A DNA stretch of 64,000 bases from Ignavibacteriota bacterium (GTDB lineage Bacteria > Bacteroidota > Ignavibacteria > UBA10030 > UBA6906), in the NCBI GenBank assembly GCA_963837815.1, contig CAWIOS010000015.1, positions 129,439 to 193,438 of the forward strand. The letters run 5' to 3'. How positions within the stretch are numbered: the stretch's first letter is position 1; each line of letters begins with the position of its first letter. Below, piece by piece: positions 28,570 through 39,090 of this stretch. The position numbers were made by a program, and so were the translations under genes. The notes below the pieces were generated by a model. It worked only from the letters and a program-made list of their open reading frames with translations, searched no databases and was not told the origin of the DNA.

Positions 28570-29919
28570 ATGTCAACCTCCAGAAAGACCCGTCAGGTCT
28601 ACATAGAGACATATGGATGCCAGATGAACGTGGCCGACACGGAAGTCGTCGGGGGCATTCTCAGGTCATCCGGGTATACGCTTACAGAGGATCTCGCCGG
28701 GGCCGATGTTGTGCTTGTCAACACCTGCGCCATAAGAGAGAACGCCGAACAGAGAATCTACGGCCGCCTCGGGCTATTCGGCACGTACAAACGCCGGAAC
28801 CCCGGCATGCTCATCGGCGTCCTTGGATGCATGGCGGAGCGGCTCCGGCTGAATCTCCTCGAAGAGGACGTGGTGGACCTTGTGGTTGGACCGGACGAAT
28901 ACAGGAAGCTCCCCGGTTTGATGGAAAGGGCCTTTGAGGGAGAAAAGGGGATTGCGGTACGTCTCTCCCGCGTGGAGAACTATGACGACATCACGCCGCT
29001 CCGCATCGACGGAGTGTGCGCCTGGCTCTCCGTCATGCGTGGCTGCGACAAGTTCTGCACGTTCTGTGTCGTCCCCTTCACGCGGGGGAGGGAGAGAAGC
29101 CGGTCCGTGGAGAGCATTGTGGGCGAGGTCGGTGAACTTTCACGCCAGGGGTTCAGGGAGGTCACTCTCCTCGGCCAGAACGTTAATTCTTTCAGGGACG
29201 GGGAGCGCGACTTTGCCGATCTAATGCGTGAAGTTGCCGCGGTCGACCGCACGATGAGAGTACGCTTCACAACGTCACACCCGCAGGACATGTCCGGCCG
29301 GCTGATCGATGCCATAGGCGGAGAGGAGAACATCTGCAACTGCATTCACCTCCCCGTGCAATCGGGATCGGACAGGATCCTCGGTCTCATGAACCGGACG
29401 TATACCGTTGATCATTACAGGCGCCTGATCGGGAGGATCCGGGAGACGATCCCCGCCGCGGCGATCAGCACCGACATTATCTCCGGTTTTCCCACGGAGA
29501 CCGAGGCCGATCACCGCATGACGGTTGACCTTCTTGCGGAGCTCCGTTTTGACGGTGCCTTTACGTTCAAGTACTCGCCGCGCGAGCATACGAAAGCCTG
29601 GGAGATGGAGGACAGCATACCGGAGGAGGAAAAGGGGAAGCGAGTCTGGGAAATCACCGAACTGCAGCATGCCATCGCCCTTGAACAGAACACGAAACTG
29701 ATCGGGACGTCGGTGCGCGTTCTCGTGGAAGGGCCGAGCAGAAAGTCCCCGTATGAATATACGGGACGGACGGAGACGAACAGGACCGTGGTATTCCCCC
29801 ACGCCGATGAACAACCCGGCGAATACGCTGAAATAAGGATTGACCGCGCAAATTCGGCAACGCTTCTCGGCCGGCGGACGGACGCCGCGCCGGAAACTCT
29901 CCGGGAGAGTGCAGCATGA
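28570..29919 (+). CDS. miaB: tRNA-2-methylthio-N6-dimethylallyladenosine synthase
   Basis: 449 aa with VYIETYGCQMN, the radical-SAM motif MRGCDKFCTFCVVP and a TRAM C-terminus. A possible TTGATT-16-TACATT promoter lies at 28518..28545. Confidence 0.95.
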   Translation: MSTSRKTRQVYIETYGCQMNVADTEVVGGILRSSGYTLTEDLAGADVVLVNTCAIRENAEQRIYGRLGLFGTYKRRNPGMLIGVLGCMAERLRLNLLEEDVVDLVVGPDEYRKLPGLMERAFEGEKGIAVRLSRVENYDDITPLRIDGVCAWLSVMRGCDKFCTFCVVPFTRGRERSRSVESIVGEVGELSRQGFREVTLLGQNVNSFRDGERDFADLMREVAAVDRTMRVRFTTSHPQDMSGRLIDAIGGEENICNCIHLPVQSGSDRILGLMNRTYTVDHYRRLIGRIRETIPAAAISTDIISGFPTETEADHRMTVDLLAELRFDGAFTFKYSPREHTKAWEMEDSIPEEEKGKRVWEITELQHAIALEQNTKLIGTSVRVLVEGPSRKSPYEYTGRTETNRTVVFPHADEQPGEYAEIRIDRANSATLLGRRTDAAPETLRESAA

Positions 29920-30620
29920 GACACGCGTCTGTTTTCCTCTTTCTCGCTATTGCGGCGCCCCTTCTGCGGGCCCAGAATGCCGACGCGGACGTGACAAAAT
30001 ACCTTGCAATGATCCAGGACGGCCAGATCGAGCAGGTAAAGGCTGATGTTCCCTCGCTGCTCACCCGGTATCCGAACAATCCCGGGGTCCTGTACCTGCA
30101 GGCCCAGACGACGAGCGACGGGGCCGAGGCGGTCCGCATTTATCAGAGCATCGTCGACAATTTTCCGTCAAGCAGCTGGGCGCCCGAGGCGCTCTTCCGG
30201 GTCTACCAGTTCTACTACGCGCTCGGCCTGTACCGGACAGCCGAACTCAAAATGGCGCAGCTGAAGAAGAACTATCCGGCGTCTAAACGGGCGACGGGGA
30301 CGGGAGAAGTTGACACCGGTTCGCTTCCTGAAGACATGTCGCATCCTCCCGCCGGCAGGACTCCCGCACTGACGCGCGACTCCTCGTCCGGGCATTTCAC
30401 CCTGCAGGTCGGTGCGTACACAGCGCAGGCAAACGCGGAAAAACAGAAGTCGTTTTTCGAAGGACTCGGTTACGCGGTGGAGATGATAAGCCGCGTGAAG
30501 GAGAACAGGTCACTGTACCTTGTGCTCGTCGGCAACTACGCGAGCGCGGAGGAAGCGAAAGCCAGGGGAGCGGAAATCAAGGCGAAATTCCATATCGACT
30601 CGATCGTTACGTCGAACTGA
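29916..30620 (+). CDS. exported TPR-like + SPOR-domain protein
   Basis: 234 aa with a signal peptide ([20 protein letters not shown]). The C-terminal SPOR-like block is [26 protein letters not shown]...[16 protein letters not shown]. The start overlaps the miaB stop (ATGA). Confidence 0.7.
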   Translation: MRHASVFLFLAIAAPLLRAQNADADVTKYLAMIQDGQIEQVKADVPSLLTRYPNNPGVLYLQAQTTSDGAEAVRIYQSIVDNFPSSSWAPEALFRVYQFYYALGLYRTAELKMAQLKKNYPASKRATGTGEVDTGSLPEDMSHPPAGRTPALTRDSSSGHFTLQVGAYTAQANAEKQKSFFEGLGYAVEMISRVKENRSLYLVLVGNYASAEEAKARGAEIKAKFHIDSIVTSN

Positions 30621-31774
30621 TGCAGGGCGCGACTGTCAAATCGGAACGGCAGGAAGTTTCCCCCCCGGTCGGCATCATCGGGGAATCCGCGCAGATGCGG
30701 AAGATCGCGGAGGTCGTCGAACAGGTTGCCCCCACCGACATCACGGTTCTCATCACGGGTGAAAGCGGCGTCGGCAAGGAGATCATCGCAAAATCGATCC
30801 ACCTTGCGAGCAAAAGAAGCAGCCGACCGATGATCACGGTGAACAGTGGGGCGATCCCGGAAGGGATTATCGAAAGCGAGCTCTTCGGTCATGAGCGCGG
30901 CTCATTCACCGGTGCGTCCGATCAGCGGAAAGGCTATTTCGAACTTGCGGACGGCGGGACACTCTTCCTCGATGAAATCGGGGAGCTTCCACTTTCCTCC
31001 CAGGTCAAATTCCTCCGCGTCCTGGAGAACGGGGAATTCCAGCGGGTGGGTTCCTCTGTTCCGCGTCATGTGAACGTCCGCGTGATCGCGGCGACGAACA
31101 GGGATCTCGAATCCGCTATGCAGCAGGGCCAGTTCCGTCCAGACCTCTTCTACCGGTTGCGCTCGTTCACGATCATCGTCCCGCCGCTTCGTGAGCGGCC
31201 GGAGGACGTCCCGGTTCTCTTCCGTCTTTTCGCGGAGGAGGTTGCACGGAAAAACGGCATTGCGTACAAAGGGATTTCCGACACGGCGATGGATCTGCTC
31301 CGGGAATACGGCTGGCCCGGCAACGTGCGGGAGCTGCGGAACGCTGCCGAAAGCATGATCGTACTCGAGAAGGGAAAGTACCTTGAGCCCGCGGATGTCA
31401 GGAAATACCTGAAAACGAACACGATCCCGCCTGCAGAGGGACGGAACCTTCCCGTCCACCTCTCGAAGAGCGTGGAACAGGCCGAACGCGAGCTGATTCT
31501 CCGGGCGCTCCTTGAGCTCAAAGGAAACATCATGGAATTGAAGTCGATGATTGACGAACAACGTCAGTCGCAGGACGCGACCAAGCGCGGCGGACTCGGG
31601 TCCGCCGTCGTCGGTTCGCAGGACGAGGCCGGCATTTCGCTCGAAGAGATGGAGCACCGGCTTATTGCCGACGCTCTCGCGCGGTCGAAAGGAAACAGGC
31701 GGATGGCGGCGCGCGCGCTGAACATCAGCGAGAGAACGTTGTACAGGAAAATAAAGGAATACGGACTGGAATGA
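30620..31774 (+). CDS. sigma-54-dependent transcriptional activator with only an AAA+ domain and a Fis-type HTH (no sensory domain)
   Basis: 384 aa. Walker A is GESGVGKE, the GAFTGA-type loop is ERGSFTGA, then ATNRDLE and [10 protein letters not shown]. The C-terminal HTH is [21 protein letters not shown]. The AAA+ domain begins within about 20 residues of the start. Confidence 0.9.
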   Translation: MQGATVKSERQEVSPPVGIIGESAQMRKIAEVVEQVAPTDITVLITGESGVGKEIIAKSIHLASKRSSRPMITVNSGAIPEGIIESELFGHERGSFTGASDQRKGYFELADGGTLFLDEIGELPLSSQVKFLRVLENGEFQRVGSSVPRHVNVRVIAATNRDLESAMQQGQFRPDLFYRLRSFTIIVPPLRERPEDVPVLFRLFAEEVARKNGIAYKGISDTAMDLLREYGWPGNVRELRNAAESMIVLEKGKYLEPADVRKYLKTNTIPPAEGRNLPVHLSKSVEQAERELILRALLELKGNIMELKSMIDEQRQSQDATKRGGLGSAVVGSQDEAGISLEEMEHRLIADALARSKGNRRMAARALNISERTLYRKIKEYGLE

Positions 31775-32289
31775 AGAATCCCGCCCGGCAATATGCCGCC
31801 GCGCTCGTTGCGGCATCGGCCCTGTCTTTTGCCGCCTCAGGATGCGTCTATTCCTTCACCGGGGCGTCGGTTCCCGCTCACCTGAAAACGGTGGCAATCC
31901 CGCTCGTGGACGACCAGTCCGGGTTCGGGGAGCCGGGGCTCCGCGAAGAGTTCACCGCGGAGATTGTGCAGCAGTTCACCTCCGACAACAGCCTCGAAGT
32001 GAGCGACCGGAATACGTCGGACTCCATACTCGAGGGTGCCATCCTTTCGATATCGGACGCCCCGGCGGTCGTGTCGCAGGGAGAGCAGGTGACGCGGCGC
32101 AGGATCACGCTTTCCGCGCGGTTCGCGTTTCAGGACAAGAAGCTTCGGAAAAAAGTCTGGGAGAAGACCTTCTCCAACTGGGGGGAATACGATTCCGGGG
32201 CGGGTCTCTCGCAGCGCCAGGTGGGATTGCAGGACGCAATGAAAAAGATCTCCGAAGACGTGTTGCTGGAAACGGTGTCCGGCTGGTAG
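31771..32289 (+). CDS. lptE: LptE-like LPS-assembly lipoprotein
   Basis: 172 aa with the lipobox SFAASGC followed by [18 protein letters not shown], typical of FCB-group LptE. The start overlaps the upstream stop (ATGA). Confidence 0.6.
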   Translation: MKNPARQYAAALVAASALSFAASGCVYSFTGASVPAHLKTVAIPLVDDQSGFGEPGLREEFTAEIVQQFTSDNSLEVSDRNTSDSILEGAILSISDAPAVVSQGEQVTRRRITLSARFAFQDKKLRKKVWEKTFSNWGEYDSGAGLSQRQVGLQDAMKKISEDVLLETVSGW

Positions 32290-32349
32290 GGTCGCCGGAA
32301 GTCGGTAAGTACAATCCATCACAATGAGAGGCAAGGGCACGACGTCATC

Positions 32350-33819
32350 ATGGAAGAGATCATCCTTATAACCTATATGCTTTCGCTCACCGTGCTGTTT
32401 GTCTTCGGATCGCACGGCTTCATCATGATTTACTATTACCTCAAGTTCCGGTCAAAGAAGCTTCCCCCTTCAGACGACATCGTGAGTTATCCCGTCGTCT
32501 CGGTGCAACTCCCGGTGTTCAACGAAATGTACGTCGTCGGCCGGCTCATCGACGCGGCCTGTGCGATGGTCTATCCGAAAGACAAGCTTGAAATCCAGGT
32601 TCTCGATGATTCCACCGATCAGACCGTCGAAGTCGTCGCCGGGTACGTCGAGCGGTACCGGAAGCAGGGCTTCGACATCAAGCAGGTAAGGCGGAAAAAC
32701 CGGGTTGGCTTCAAAGCGGGCGCCCTCAAGGAAGGACTGACGACGGCACGTGGGGAATTCGTCGCGATCTTCGACGCGGATTTCGTCCCGCGGCAGGACT
32801 TTCTCCTGAAGACGATTCCCCACTTCGTCTCGGACGCCGGGATTGGCATGGTGCAGACCCGCTGGGAACACCTCAACTCGGAATACTCCCTTCTCACCCG
32901 CACGCAGGCGATGGCTCTGGACGGACATTTCGTCATTGAACAATCGGTCAGGAACAAGGTCGGGTTTTTCATAAACTTCAACGGGACGGCGGGGGTGTGG
33001 AGGAAATCGTGCATCGAAGACGCCGGAAACTGGCAGTCCGACACGCTCACAGAAGACCTGGACCTCAGCTACAGGGCGCAGCTGAGAGGCTGGCGCTTCA
33101 AGTATCTCAACAATGTGACGTCGCCGGCGGAGCTTCCCTCGGAAATCAATGCCCTCAAATCGCAGCAGTTCCGCTGGACGAAGGGGGCCATCGAAACCGC
33201 CCGGAAGATTCTTCCGTATGTCTGGAGATCGAAGCTCCCGCTGAAGATCAAGATCCACGCGACATTCCACCTGACAAACAACCTTGTCTTCCCGTTCATC
33301 GTCCTCGCGGGGATTCTGAACGTGCCGCTCGTATTTCTGAAGCACTCGGGACAGTATGACTCGTATTTTACGATGATGTCGGTCGGCGTCTTCGCATTCA
33401 TCGGGTCGTTTCTCTTCTACCTCTTCTCGCAGAAAGACGTTTACGGCGACTGGCGGAGGCGGCTGTTCCTGTTTCCCGTTTTCATGGCGGGGAGCATGGG
33501 GTTCGCAGTCAACAACAGCCGCGCGGTGATCGAGGGACTCTTCAGGAAGAAGAGCGAATTCGTCCGCACGCCGAAATACAGCATCCGTGAAAAGTCGGAT
33601 TCATGGTCGGACAAGAAGTACGCGCCGGTCAAAATAAGCCCGACGGTGATCGTCGAAGTCATCCTGGCCGTATACTGCCTCTTCGGGGTAGTGTCCTCGA
33701 TCTATTTCCTTGAAATTGCGGCGGTTCCGTTCCAGCTCCTGTTCTTTCTCGGATTCGCATTCGTCTCGGTGATGTCTCTGAAACATGCCTGGCTCGGGCG
33801 CCAGGTAAAACCCCGGTAG
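32350..33819 (+). CDS. membrane-embedded processive family-2 glycosyltransferase (cellulose-synthase-like / CslA-like)
   Basis: 489 aa with an N-terminal TM segment, the motifs VLDDSTD, IFDADF, TEDLDLS and QQFRWTKG (QxxRW), and four or five C-terminal TM helices. Confidence 0.85.
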   Translation: MEEIILITYMLSLTVLFVFGSHGFIMIYYYLKFRSKKLPPSDDIVSYPVVSVQLPVFNEMYVVGRLIDAACAMVYPKDKLEIQVLDDSTDQTVEVVAGYVERYRKQGFDIKQVRRKNRVGFKAGALKEGLTTARGEFVAIFDADFVPRQDFLLKTIPHFVSDAGIGMVQTRWEHLNSEYSLLTRTQAMALDGHFVIEQSVRNKVGFFINFNGTAGVWRKSCIEDAGNWQSDTLTEDLDLSYRAQLRGWRFKYLNNVTSPAELPSEINALKSQQFRWTKGAIETARKILPYVWRSKLPLKIKIHATFHLTNNLVFPFIVLAGILNVPLVFLKHSGQYDSYFTMMSVGVFAFIGSFLFYLFSQKDVYGDWRRRLFLFPVFMAGSMGFAVNNSRAVIEGLFRKKSEFVRTPKYSIREKSDSWSDKKYAPVKISPTVIVEVILAVYCLFGVVSSIYFLEIAAVPFQLLFFLGFAFVSVMSLKHAWLGRQVKPR

Positions 33820-33834
33820 GACTCAACAGAAACC

Positions 33835-34527
33835 ATGGCAACTGCGGACACATCCCCGCGCGGATCGGCGGCGGCCCCGGCAAGCCCCTGGTTCGCCCGG
33901 ATCGCGGCAGACCTCCTGGACTCGGGGGATATCAAAGAAGCGCTCCGGATCTGCGTGGAAGGGACGCGCGTGTTTCCGCGGTACACGACTGGCCGCCTCG
34001 TGCTCGGGAGATGCTACGAGGCGCTGGGAAGCCACGTCGAAGCGATGCTGGAATACAGGCGTGTGCTCGAGGTCTTTCCTGACAATCCTCTTGTCCGGGA
34101 TCTCCTGAAACGCGCGGATCAGCGGGAACAGCAGGGGTTTGACACATTCGCCTCGCAATGGCAGGCGAAGCTGCAGGGGAGAAAGGACCGGCTGACGTTT
34201 GAGGAGTACGTGGGCGCTCCCGGCCATCCCGCCAGCCAGTCCATGGAGGAGATCATACAGAAGCTTGAAAGTGCCCCCCGGCATATCGTGGTTGCTGAGG
34301 CCGCCGCATCTGCGCCGGAGGGGCTCCGTACAGCGCCTGCGTCACCGTCGAGGTTTGTGACGGCGACGCTGGCCGAAATCTATGCGAGTCAGGGGGAATA
34401 CGACGAGGCGATCGAAGCGTACAGGACCCTTGCCGCGCAGCGCCCGGGGAGCGCAGAGCGGTATCAGAAACGGCTTGAGGAGCTTGAAGAGTTAAAGAGA
34501 TCGCAGCAGGGGCCCGCAAACACCTGA
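33835..34527 (+). CDS. TPR-repeat protein
   Basis: 230 aa with TPR-like helices at both ends (LGRCYEALGSHVEAMLEYRRVLEVFPDNP; LAEIYASQGEYDEAIEAYRTL). Confidence 0.55.
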   Translation: MATADTSPRGSAAAPASPWFARIAADLLDSGDIKEALRICVEGTRVFPRYTTGRLVLGRCYEALGSHVEAMLEYRRVLEVFPDNPLVRDLLKRADQREQQGFDTFASQWQAKLQGRKDRLTFEEYVGAPGHPASQSMEEIIQKLESAPRHIVVAEAAASAPEGLRTAPASPSRFVTATLAEIYASQGEYDEAIEAYRTLAAQRPGSAERYQKRLEELEELKRSQQGPANT

Positions 34528-34555
34528 CCGGGGTGACACTTCCCGCCGGGGGGAA

Positions 34556-34834
34556 TCAGTGGGCCGGCGCTGGAGGAGCCTGCTCAAGGCGGCTGACGAG
34601 CGCCGTCAGCCTTGACTTGAGATTGGCTGCCTTGTTCCGATGGATGATGCCCTTGGAAGCAAGCTGATCAAGGAGCTTTACCGTCTTCTTCAAATCGGCC
34701 GCGGCCTTGGTCTTGTCACGCGAGGTCCGGATCCGCTTTATTTCCGTGCGCATCCGTGATTTCCATTCTGCGTTGCGCTCCGATTTCCGTCTTGACGTCC
34801 GAGCGCGTTTTTCTGCCGACTTGTGTTGTGCCAT
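34556..34834 (-). CDS. rpsT: 30S ribosomal protein S20
   Basis: ORF 34556..34987, start trimmed to MAQHKSAEKRARTSRRKSERN. The 92-aa product is typical S20. Confidence 0.95.
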   Translation of the reverse strand: MAQHKSAEKRARTSRRKSERNAEWKSRMRTEIKRIRTSRDKTKAAADLKKTVKLLDQLASKGIIHRNKAANLKSRLTALVSRLEQAPPAPAH

Positions 34835-34882
34835 GAAGCCTTCCTGCAGTGCTACGAAAGTTCGGTCGAGGTCTGAAACCTC

Positions 34883-34911
34883 AAGATATCGAAAAGGGCA
34901 TAGAAAGTCAA
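34883..34911 (-). promoter_or_regulatory. putative sigma70 promoter of rpsT
   Basis: The minus strand reads TTGACT-17 nt-TATCTT, about 45 nt upstream of the rpsT ATG. Confidence 0.5.
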
Positions 34912-34917
34912 TAAACC

Positions 34918-34946
34918 TTGCCTTTATTTCAGCCCGGCCGTATATT
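34918..34946 (+). promoter_or_regulatory. putative sigma70 promoter of etfBA (back-to-back with the rpsT promoter)
   Basis: The plus strand reads TTGCCT-17 nt-TATATT. The etfB ATG at 35023 is preceded by GGAGGAACG. Confidence 0.45.
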
Positions 34947-35022
34947 CCAATTTCCGTCTTATATGGAGTTTTCCTCCCCCCGTACATGCAGGGAACGGAC
35001 GGATCACGCTCCCGGAGGAACG

Positions 35023-35772
35023 ATGAAAGTAGTCGTCTGCGTTAATCATGTCCCGGATACGGAAACGAAAATACGCGTTGCGCCCGACGGGATTACAATT
35101 GACAGGACCGGCGTAAATTTCATGTTGAGCCCGTACGATGAAATCGCCGTCGAGGAAGGGCTTCGGATCAGGGACCGGTTCAAAGGGGACGTCACGGTCA
35201 TCAGTCTCGGCCCCGAGGCCAACAGGGAAACGCTGCGCAAAGCGCTCGCCATGGGGGCGGACCGGGCCGTCCTTCTGCGGGACGACGCGGCACGGGATTC
35301 GTTCGCAATCGCAAGCGCGCTGGCGGTCGAAATCAGGAGCCTCGCGCCCGACGTTGTCCTTTTCGGCAGGCAGTCCATTGATTACGATGACGCGCAGGTG
35401 GGGACGCTCGTCGCGGGGCTTCTCGCACTTCCGTCGGTGTCCGTCGTTATGAAACTGGAAATACGCGAAGGGGGAGAGGTCCTCTGCGAGAGGGAGATCG
35501 AAGGGGGGCACGAGGTTGTCCGCACAAAGCTCCCCGCGGTGTTCATGGCCCAGAAGGGACTGAATGACCCGCGGTACCCTTCTCTCAAGGGAATCATGGC
35601 GGCAAAAAACAAACCCATCGAGGAAAAGCCGGCTGCACCCGCGGAGCTCCGCGTGCACACCATCGCCCTGCGCAAACCGCCGGCAAAGAATCCCGGCCGG
35701 ATTGTCGGGACCGACGCCTCCGCGGTTCCGGAACTCGTGCGACTCCTTCACGAAGAAGCCAAAGTCCTGTGA
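35023..35772 (+). CDS. etfB: electron transfer flavoprotein subunit beta
   Basis: ORF 34918..35772, start trimmed to MKVVVCVNHVPDTETKIRV after a strong SD. It contains the EtfB signature PYDEIAVEEGLR. Confidence 0.9.
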   Translation: MKVVVCVNHVPDTETKIRVAPDGITIDRTGVNFMLSPYDEIAVEEGLRIRDRFKGDVTVISLGPEANRETLRKALAMGADRAVLLRDDAARDSFAIASALAVEIRSLAPDVVLFGRQSIDYDDAQVGTLVAGLLALPSVSVVMKLEIREGGEVLCEREIEGGHEVVRTKLPAVFMAQKGLNDPRYPSLKGIMAAKNKPIEEKPAAPAELRVHTIALRKPPAKNPGRIVGTDASAVPELVRLLHEEAKVL

Positions 35773-35797
35773 TCCCCACAAACATCAGCCGGCTGCC

Positions 35798-36766
35798 ATG
35801 AACGTACTTGCCTTTGCAGAGGAACGCGGCGGAAGAATCAAGAAGTCATCGCTCGAAACCGTGCGGGCAGGAAGCCGGCTTGCGGATTCGCTCGGCGGGG
35901 AATTTGCCGCTGTCGTCATCGGCTCCGGCGTTGCCGGAGCGGCCGCCGGACTCGGCCGGTACGGCGCATCGCGGGTCATCGCTGTCGACGATCCACGACT
36001 GGCGCAGCACGCGAATGCTGCGGTCGCGAAAATCATCGCGGAAGTGGCGCTTGCAGAACACGCCGGCGTCGTCTTCCTTCCCGCAAGCCAGATGGGGAAG
36101 GACATCGCACCCCGCGTGGCAATAAGGCTGGATGCGGGACTTGCCCCCGATTGCATCGCACTGCGCACCGAGGGGACAGAGATCATTGCGACCCGGCCCG
36201 TGTTCGCGGGGAAGGCCCTTCTCGAAGTGCGTGTGGCCACGCCCGTCAAAGTATTTACGCTCAGGCCGAACACGTTTGACGCCGCGGAAGCACCGGGAGA
36301 GGCCCGGGTGGAGTTGAAAACGGTTCCCCTGGAACCGGCTGACCTTGTCACGACGGTGCAGGAGATGAAAGTCGCCGCGGGGCGTCCTGACGTGACCGAA
36401 GCAGACATCATCGTCTCAGGGGGACGCGGAATGAAAGGGCCGGACCACTTCGATCTCATCGAACGGCTTGCAGACGCGCTTGGTGCCGGAGTCGGGGCGT
36501 CGCGCGCCGTCGTCGATGCGGGATGGAGGCCCCATGACGAGCAGGTCGGTCAGACGGGTAAGACCGTGTCGCCTTCGCTGTATATCGCATGCGGAATTTC
36601 CGGCGCGGTCCAGCATCTCGCGGGAATGTCGTCGTCGCGGTACATCGTGGCCATCAACAGGGACAAGGATGCGCCCATCTTTCAGATTGCCGACTACGGC
36701 ATCGTCGGTGATGTGTTCGACATACTCCCGGCGCTCACCGAAGAACTGAAGAAGGCGCGTGCATGA
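35798..36766 (+). CDS. etfA: electron transfer flavoprotein subunit alpha
   Basis: ORF 35564..36766, start trimmed to [12 protein letters not shown]. The FAD-binding C-terminus is [11 protein letters not shown]...[11 protein letters not shown]...[29 protein letters not shown]. Confidence 0.9.
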   Translation: MNVLAFAEERGGRIKKSSLETVRAGSRLADSLGGEFAAVVIGSGVAGAAAGLGRYGASRVIAVDDPRLAQHANAAVAKIIAEVALAEHAGVVFLPASQMGKDIAPRVAIRLDAGLAPDCIALRTEGTEIIATRPVFAGKALLEVRVATPVKVFTLRPNTFDAAEAPGEARVELKTVPLEPADLVTTVQEMKVAAGRPDVTEADIIVSGGRGMKGPDHFDLIERLADALGAGVGASRAVVDAGWRPHDEQVGQTGKTVSPSLYIACGISGAVQHLAGMSSSRYIVAINRDKDAPIFQIADYGIVGDVFDILPALTEELKKARA

Positions 36767-36835
36767 GAGAGAGTTGCATATTAGCCCTGTTTTGCCGTAC
36801 GTTATTTATGGCGGCAGTCGAAGAGCGAAGCGGAG

Positions 36836-37435
36836 TTGAGCGTGGATAAGGTGCTGGTGGATATACTGGGATTGTCGACGAACCCGGCGAGCGGGGGTGC
36901 GTACGCGCTGATTCTCCGCGAAGTCAACGGGAACCGCCGGCTGCCCATAATCATCGGTGCGTCAGAAGCCCAGTCGATCGCCCTGGAGATGGAGGGAATC
37001 AAACCGCCGCGTCCCCTGACGCATGACCTGATGAAGAACATCATCACCGCCTTCGGCGCCGAGCTTGCCGACATCATCATCGATGACCTGCGCGACGGGA
37101 CATTTTACGCGAAGCTCAACATCGACAACCAGATGATCGACTCCCGTCCCAGTGACGCGATCGCGCTGGCGGTTCGCTACGGCGTGCAGATCTACGTTGC
37201 GTCCTCCGTCATGGACGAGGCCGCCTTCGTTCCCGAAGATGAGGACGAGGACCAGCACCAGACCCCTCCCGCCGCCCAGGTGAACCCCAAGCAACAGCAG
37301 CATCACCAGGCGTCCGGGAAAATCACCCGGCTCGAGCAGCTCAACCAGCAGCTCAAAGAAGCGATCGAGAAAGAGAACTACGAAAAAGCTGCGACCCTGC
37401 GTGATGAGATCCGCAAGCTCGAACTCCGCGACTGA
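36836..37435 (+). CDS. bifunctional nuclease family protein (DUF151) with a C-terminal UVR motif
   Basis: 199 aa with LILREVNGNRRLPIIIGASEAQSIALEMEGIKPPRPLTHDLM and a C-terminal YEKAATLRDEIRKLE. The start is ambiguous: TTG 36836, or GTG 36842, which sits 6 nt after GGAG. Confidence 0.8.
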   Translation: MSVDKVLVDILGLSTNPASGGAYALILREVNGNRRLPIIIGASEAQSIALEMEGIKPPRPLTHDLMKNIITAFGAELADIIIDDLRDGTFYAKLNIDNQMIDSRPSDAIALAVRYGVQIYVASSVMDEAAFVPEDEDEDQHQTPPAAQVNPKQQQHHQASGKITRLEQLNQQLKEAIEKENYEKAATLRDEIRKLELRD

Positions 37436-37459
37436 ATTTCCGCTTCCCCTCCCGAAGAT

Positions 37460-38170
37460 CTACCGTACGAGCGCCAGCATCTCCTTGACGGCTCGCTCAA
37501 GACCCACGAACATCGCTCGCGCAATCACCGCGTGCCCTATGCTCACCTCATCGATGTCTGCGATCGTCCGGAACTGAATCATGTTGAGATAGTTCAAACC
37601 GTGCCCGGCGTTGACGCCCAGCCCGAGATCCCGGGCCATTCGCGCAGAGTTCTTCACGGCCTGGAGGAGGCTGTGCTGTTTCTTCTCCGTAGGCGCGTTG
37701 GCAAACGCTCCGGTGTGAATCTCGATTGTGTCCGCGCCCGCCTGCTTCGCGGCCTCGATCTGATCCGGAAGGGGATCGATAAAGAGGCTTACCCGGATCC
37801 CGCTGTCCTTCAGACGCGAAACAACGTCCCGCACGCGGCCCGGGTTCCCCCGCACGTCAAGACCCCCCTCCGTTGTCAGTTCCTGCCGCCGTTCGGGAAC
37901 GAGCGTCGCAAGTTCGGGCCGTGTCGCAAGCGCGATGGCAACGATTTCGTCGGTCGCGGCCATCTCCAGGTCGAGCTTTGTCTTCACAGTCTCCTTCAGG
38001 ATGCGCAGATCCCTGTCGTTGATGTGCCTCCGGTCCTCCCGCAGGTGGCACACGATCCCCTCAGCCCCCGCGAGTTCGCACAGGTGTGCCGCGGTGACAG
38101 GGTCGGGCTCGTTTCCGCCGCGGGCCTGGCGCAGCGTGGCGACATGATCGATGTTGATTGAAAGTTTCAT
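37460..38170 (-). CDS. pdxJ: pyridoxine 5'-phosphate synthase
   Basis: ORF 37460..38239, start trimmed to MKLSINIDHVATLRQARGG. It contains CHLREDRRHI, and the start overlaps the ybbR stop. Confidence 0.95.
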   Translation of the reverse strand: MKLSINIDHVATLRQARGGNEPDPVTAAHLCELAGAEGIVCHLREDRRHINDRDLRILKETVKTKLDLEMAATDEIVAIALATRPELATLVPERRQELTTEGGLDVRGNPGRVRDVVSRLKDSGIRVSLFIDPLPDQIEAAKQAGADTIEIHTGAFANAPTEKKQHSLLQAVKNSARMARDLGLGVNAGHGLNYLNMIQFRTIADIDEVSIGHAVIARAMFVGLERAVKEMLALVR

Positions 38171-39090
38171 AGGCGTTTTCTGACGATGTACTGAAGATGA
38201 TCGGGTCGTTTTGTCACGAGCTGGACTCCGGCGGGGCACGAGACGTCGGTATCAATGGCCCCGGTGGAATCTGCGGCGATCTCGGCGTACGATGTTTCGA
38301 CGCGAAAGTCCGCCGCGTTGAGCGCGGAGAGCTGCCGGATGCCTGCTCGCACGACAATTTCGATGCGCGGCGGGATCAGGATCACTTCCCTGTTTGCAGG
38401 AACAGCGACAACCTGCACCGGAAGTCCCGGGATGATCTTTTCGGCGAAGGGTTCGACGGAGATGGCGATACGCACGGAGGGAACCGAGAACGCAACCTCA
38501 TAGGGATCGGCGGACGCCAGGGGGACCTCGGCGTCAAGCGATGCCCTGATATTCTCAAACACCCGGCGCTCCGTCTTCCAGCTGTCGAGGCCACGCAGAA
38601 CCGTTGCCGCACCAGTCAGCGTCACACTGTCCGGGGCGACGGAAGTTGGTCCGACCTGTCCGTACCCCTCCCGGAAGCTCGCGAGACAGTCGAGGACAAC
38701 GGGAACCCTCTTGCGCACGGCTGAACCCAGCTCGATCCGGAGCGAATCGGGCTTCACGTCGAGGAGTCTCACCCCGGGGGCCAGGGAGATATGATCGGCG
38801 AAATCATTGAATGTGAGTGGTCGGTGGCCTGCGGGGAGCGACGAAGTGGAAAGTGCGATCACCGGCGTGCGCCCGAGAAGCACCCCCGCAAGCCGCCAGC
38901 CTTCCCCGCGGAAACGGAGCTGCATCATATGCGGGAGAGGCGTCTCCACCGCCATGCCGGCGGGGATCTCCTGCAGGACAAGCGGCACGGCGACGGTGGT
39001 CTCGTAGTCCTCGCGCATGGTGACGGAAACCCATGCCAGCACTCCGAAGAGCGTGGAGAATATCGCGATATAGAGGGAGCGTTGCTGCAT
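38167..39090 (-). CDS. YbbR-domain protein (CdaR-like)
   Basis: 307 aa with an N-terminal TM segment (LYIAIFSTLFGVLAWV) followed by repeated beta-rich YbbR-like modules. Confidence 0.7.
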   Translation of the reverse strand: MQQRSLYIAIFSTLFGVLAWVSVTMREDYETTVAVPLVLQEIPAGMAVETPLPHMMQLRFRGEGWRLAGVLLGRTPVIALSTSSLPAGHRPLTFNDFADHISLAPGVRLLDVKPDSLRIELGSAVRKRVPVVLDCLASFREGYGQVGPTSVAPDSVTLTGAATVLRGLDSWKTERRVFENIRASLDAEVPLASADPYEVAFSVPSVRIAISVEPFAEKIIPGLPVQVVAVPANREVILIPPRIEIVVRAGIRQLSALNAADFRVETSYAEIAADSTGAIDTDVSCPAGVQLVTKRPDHLQYIVRKRL

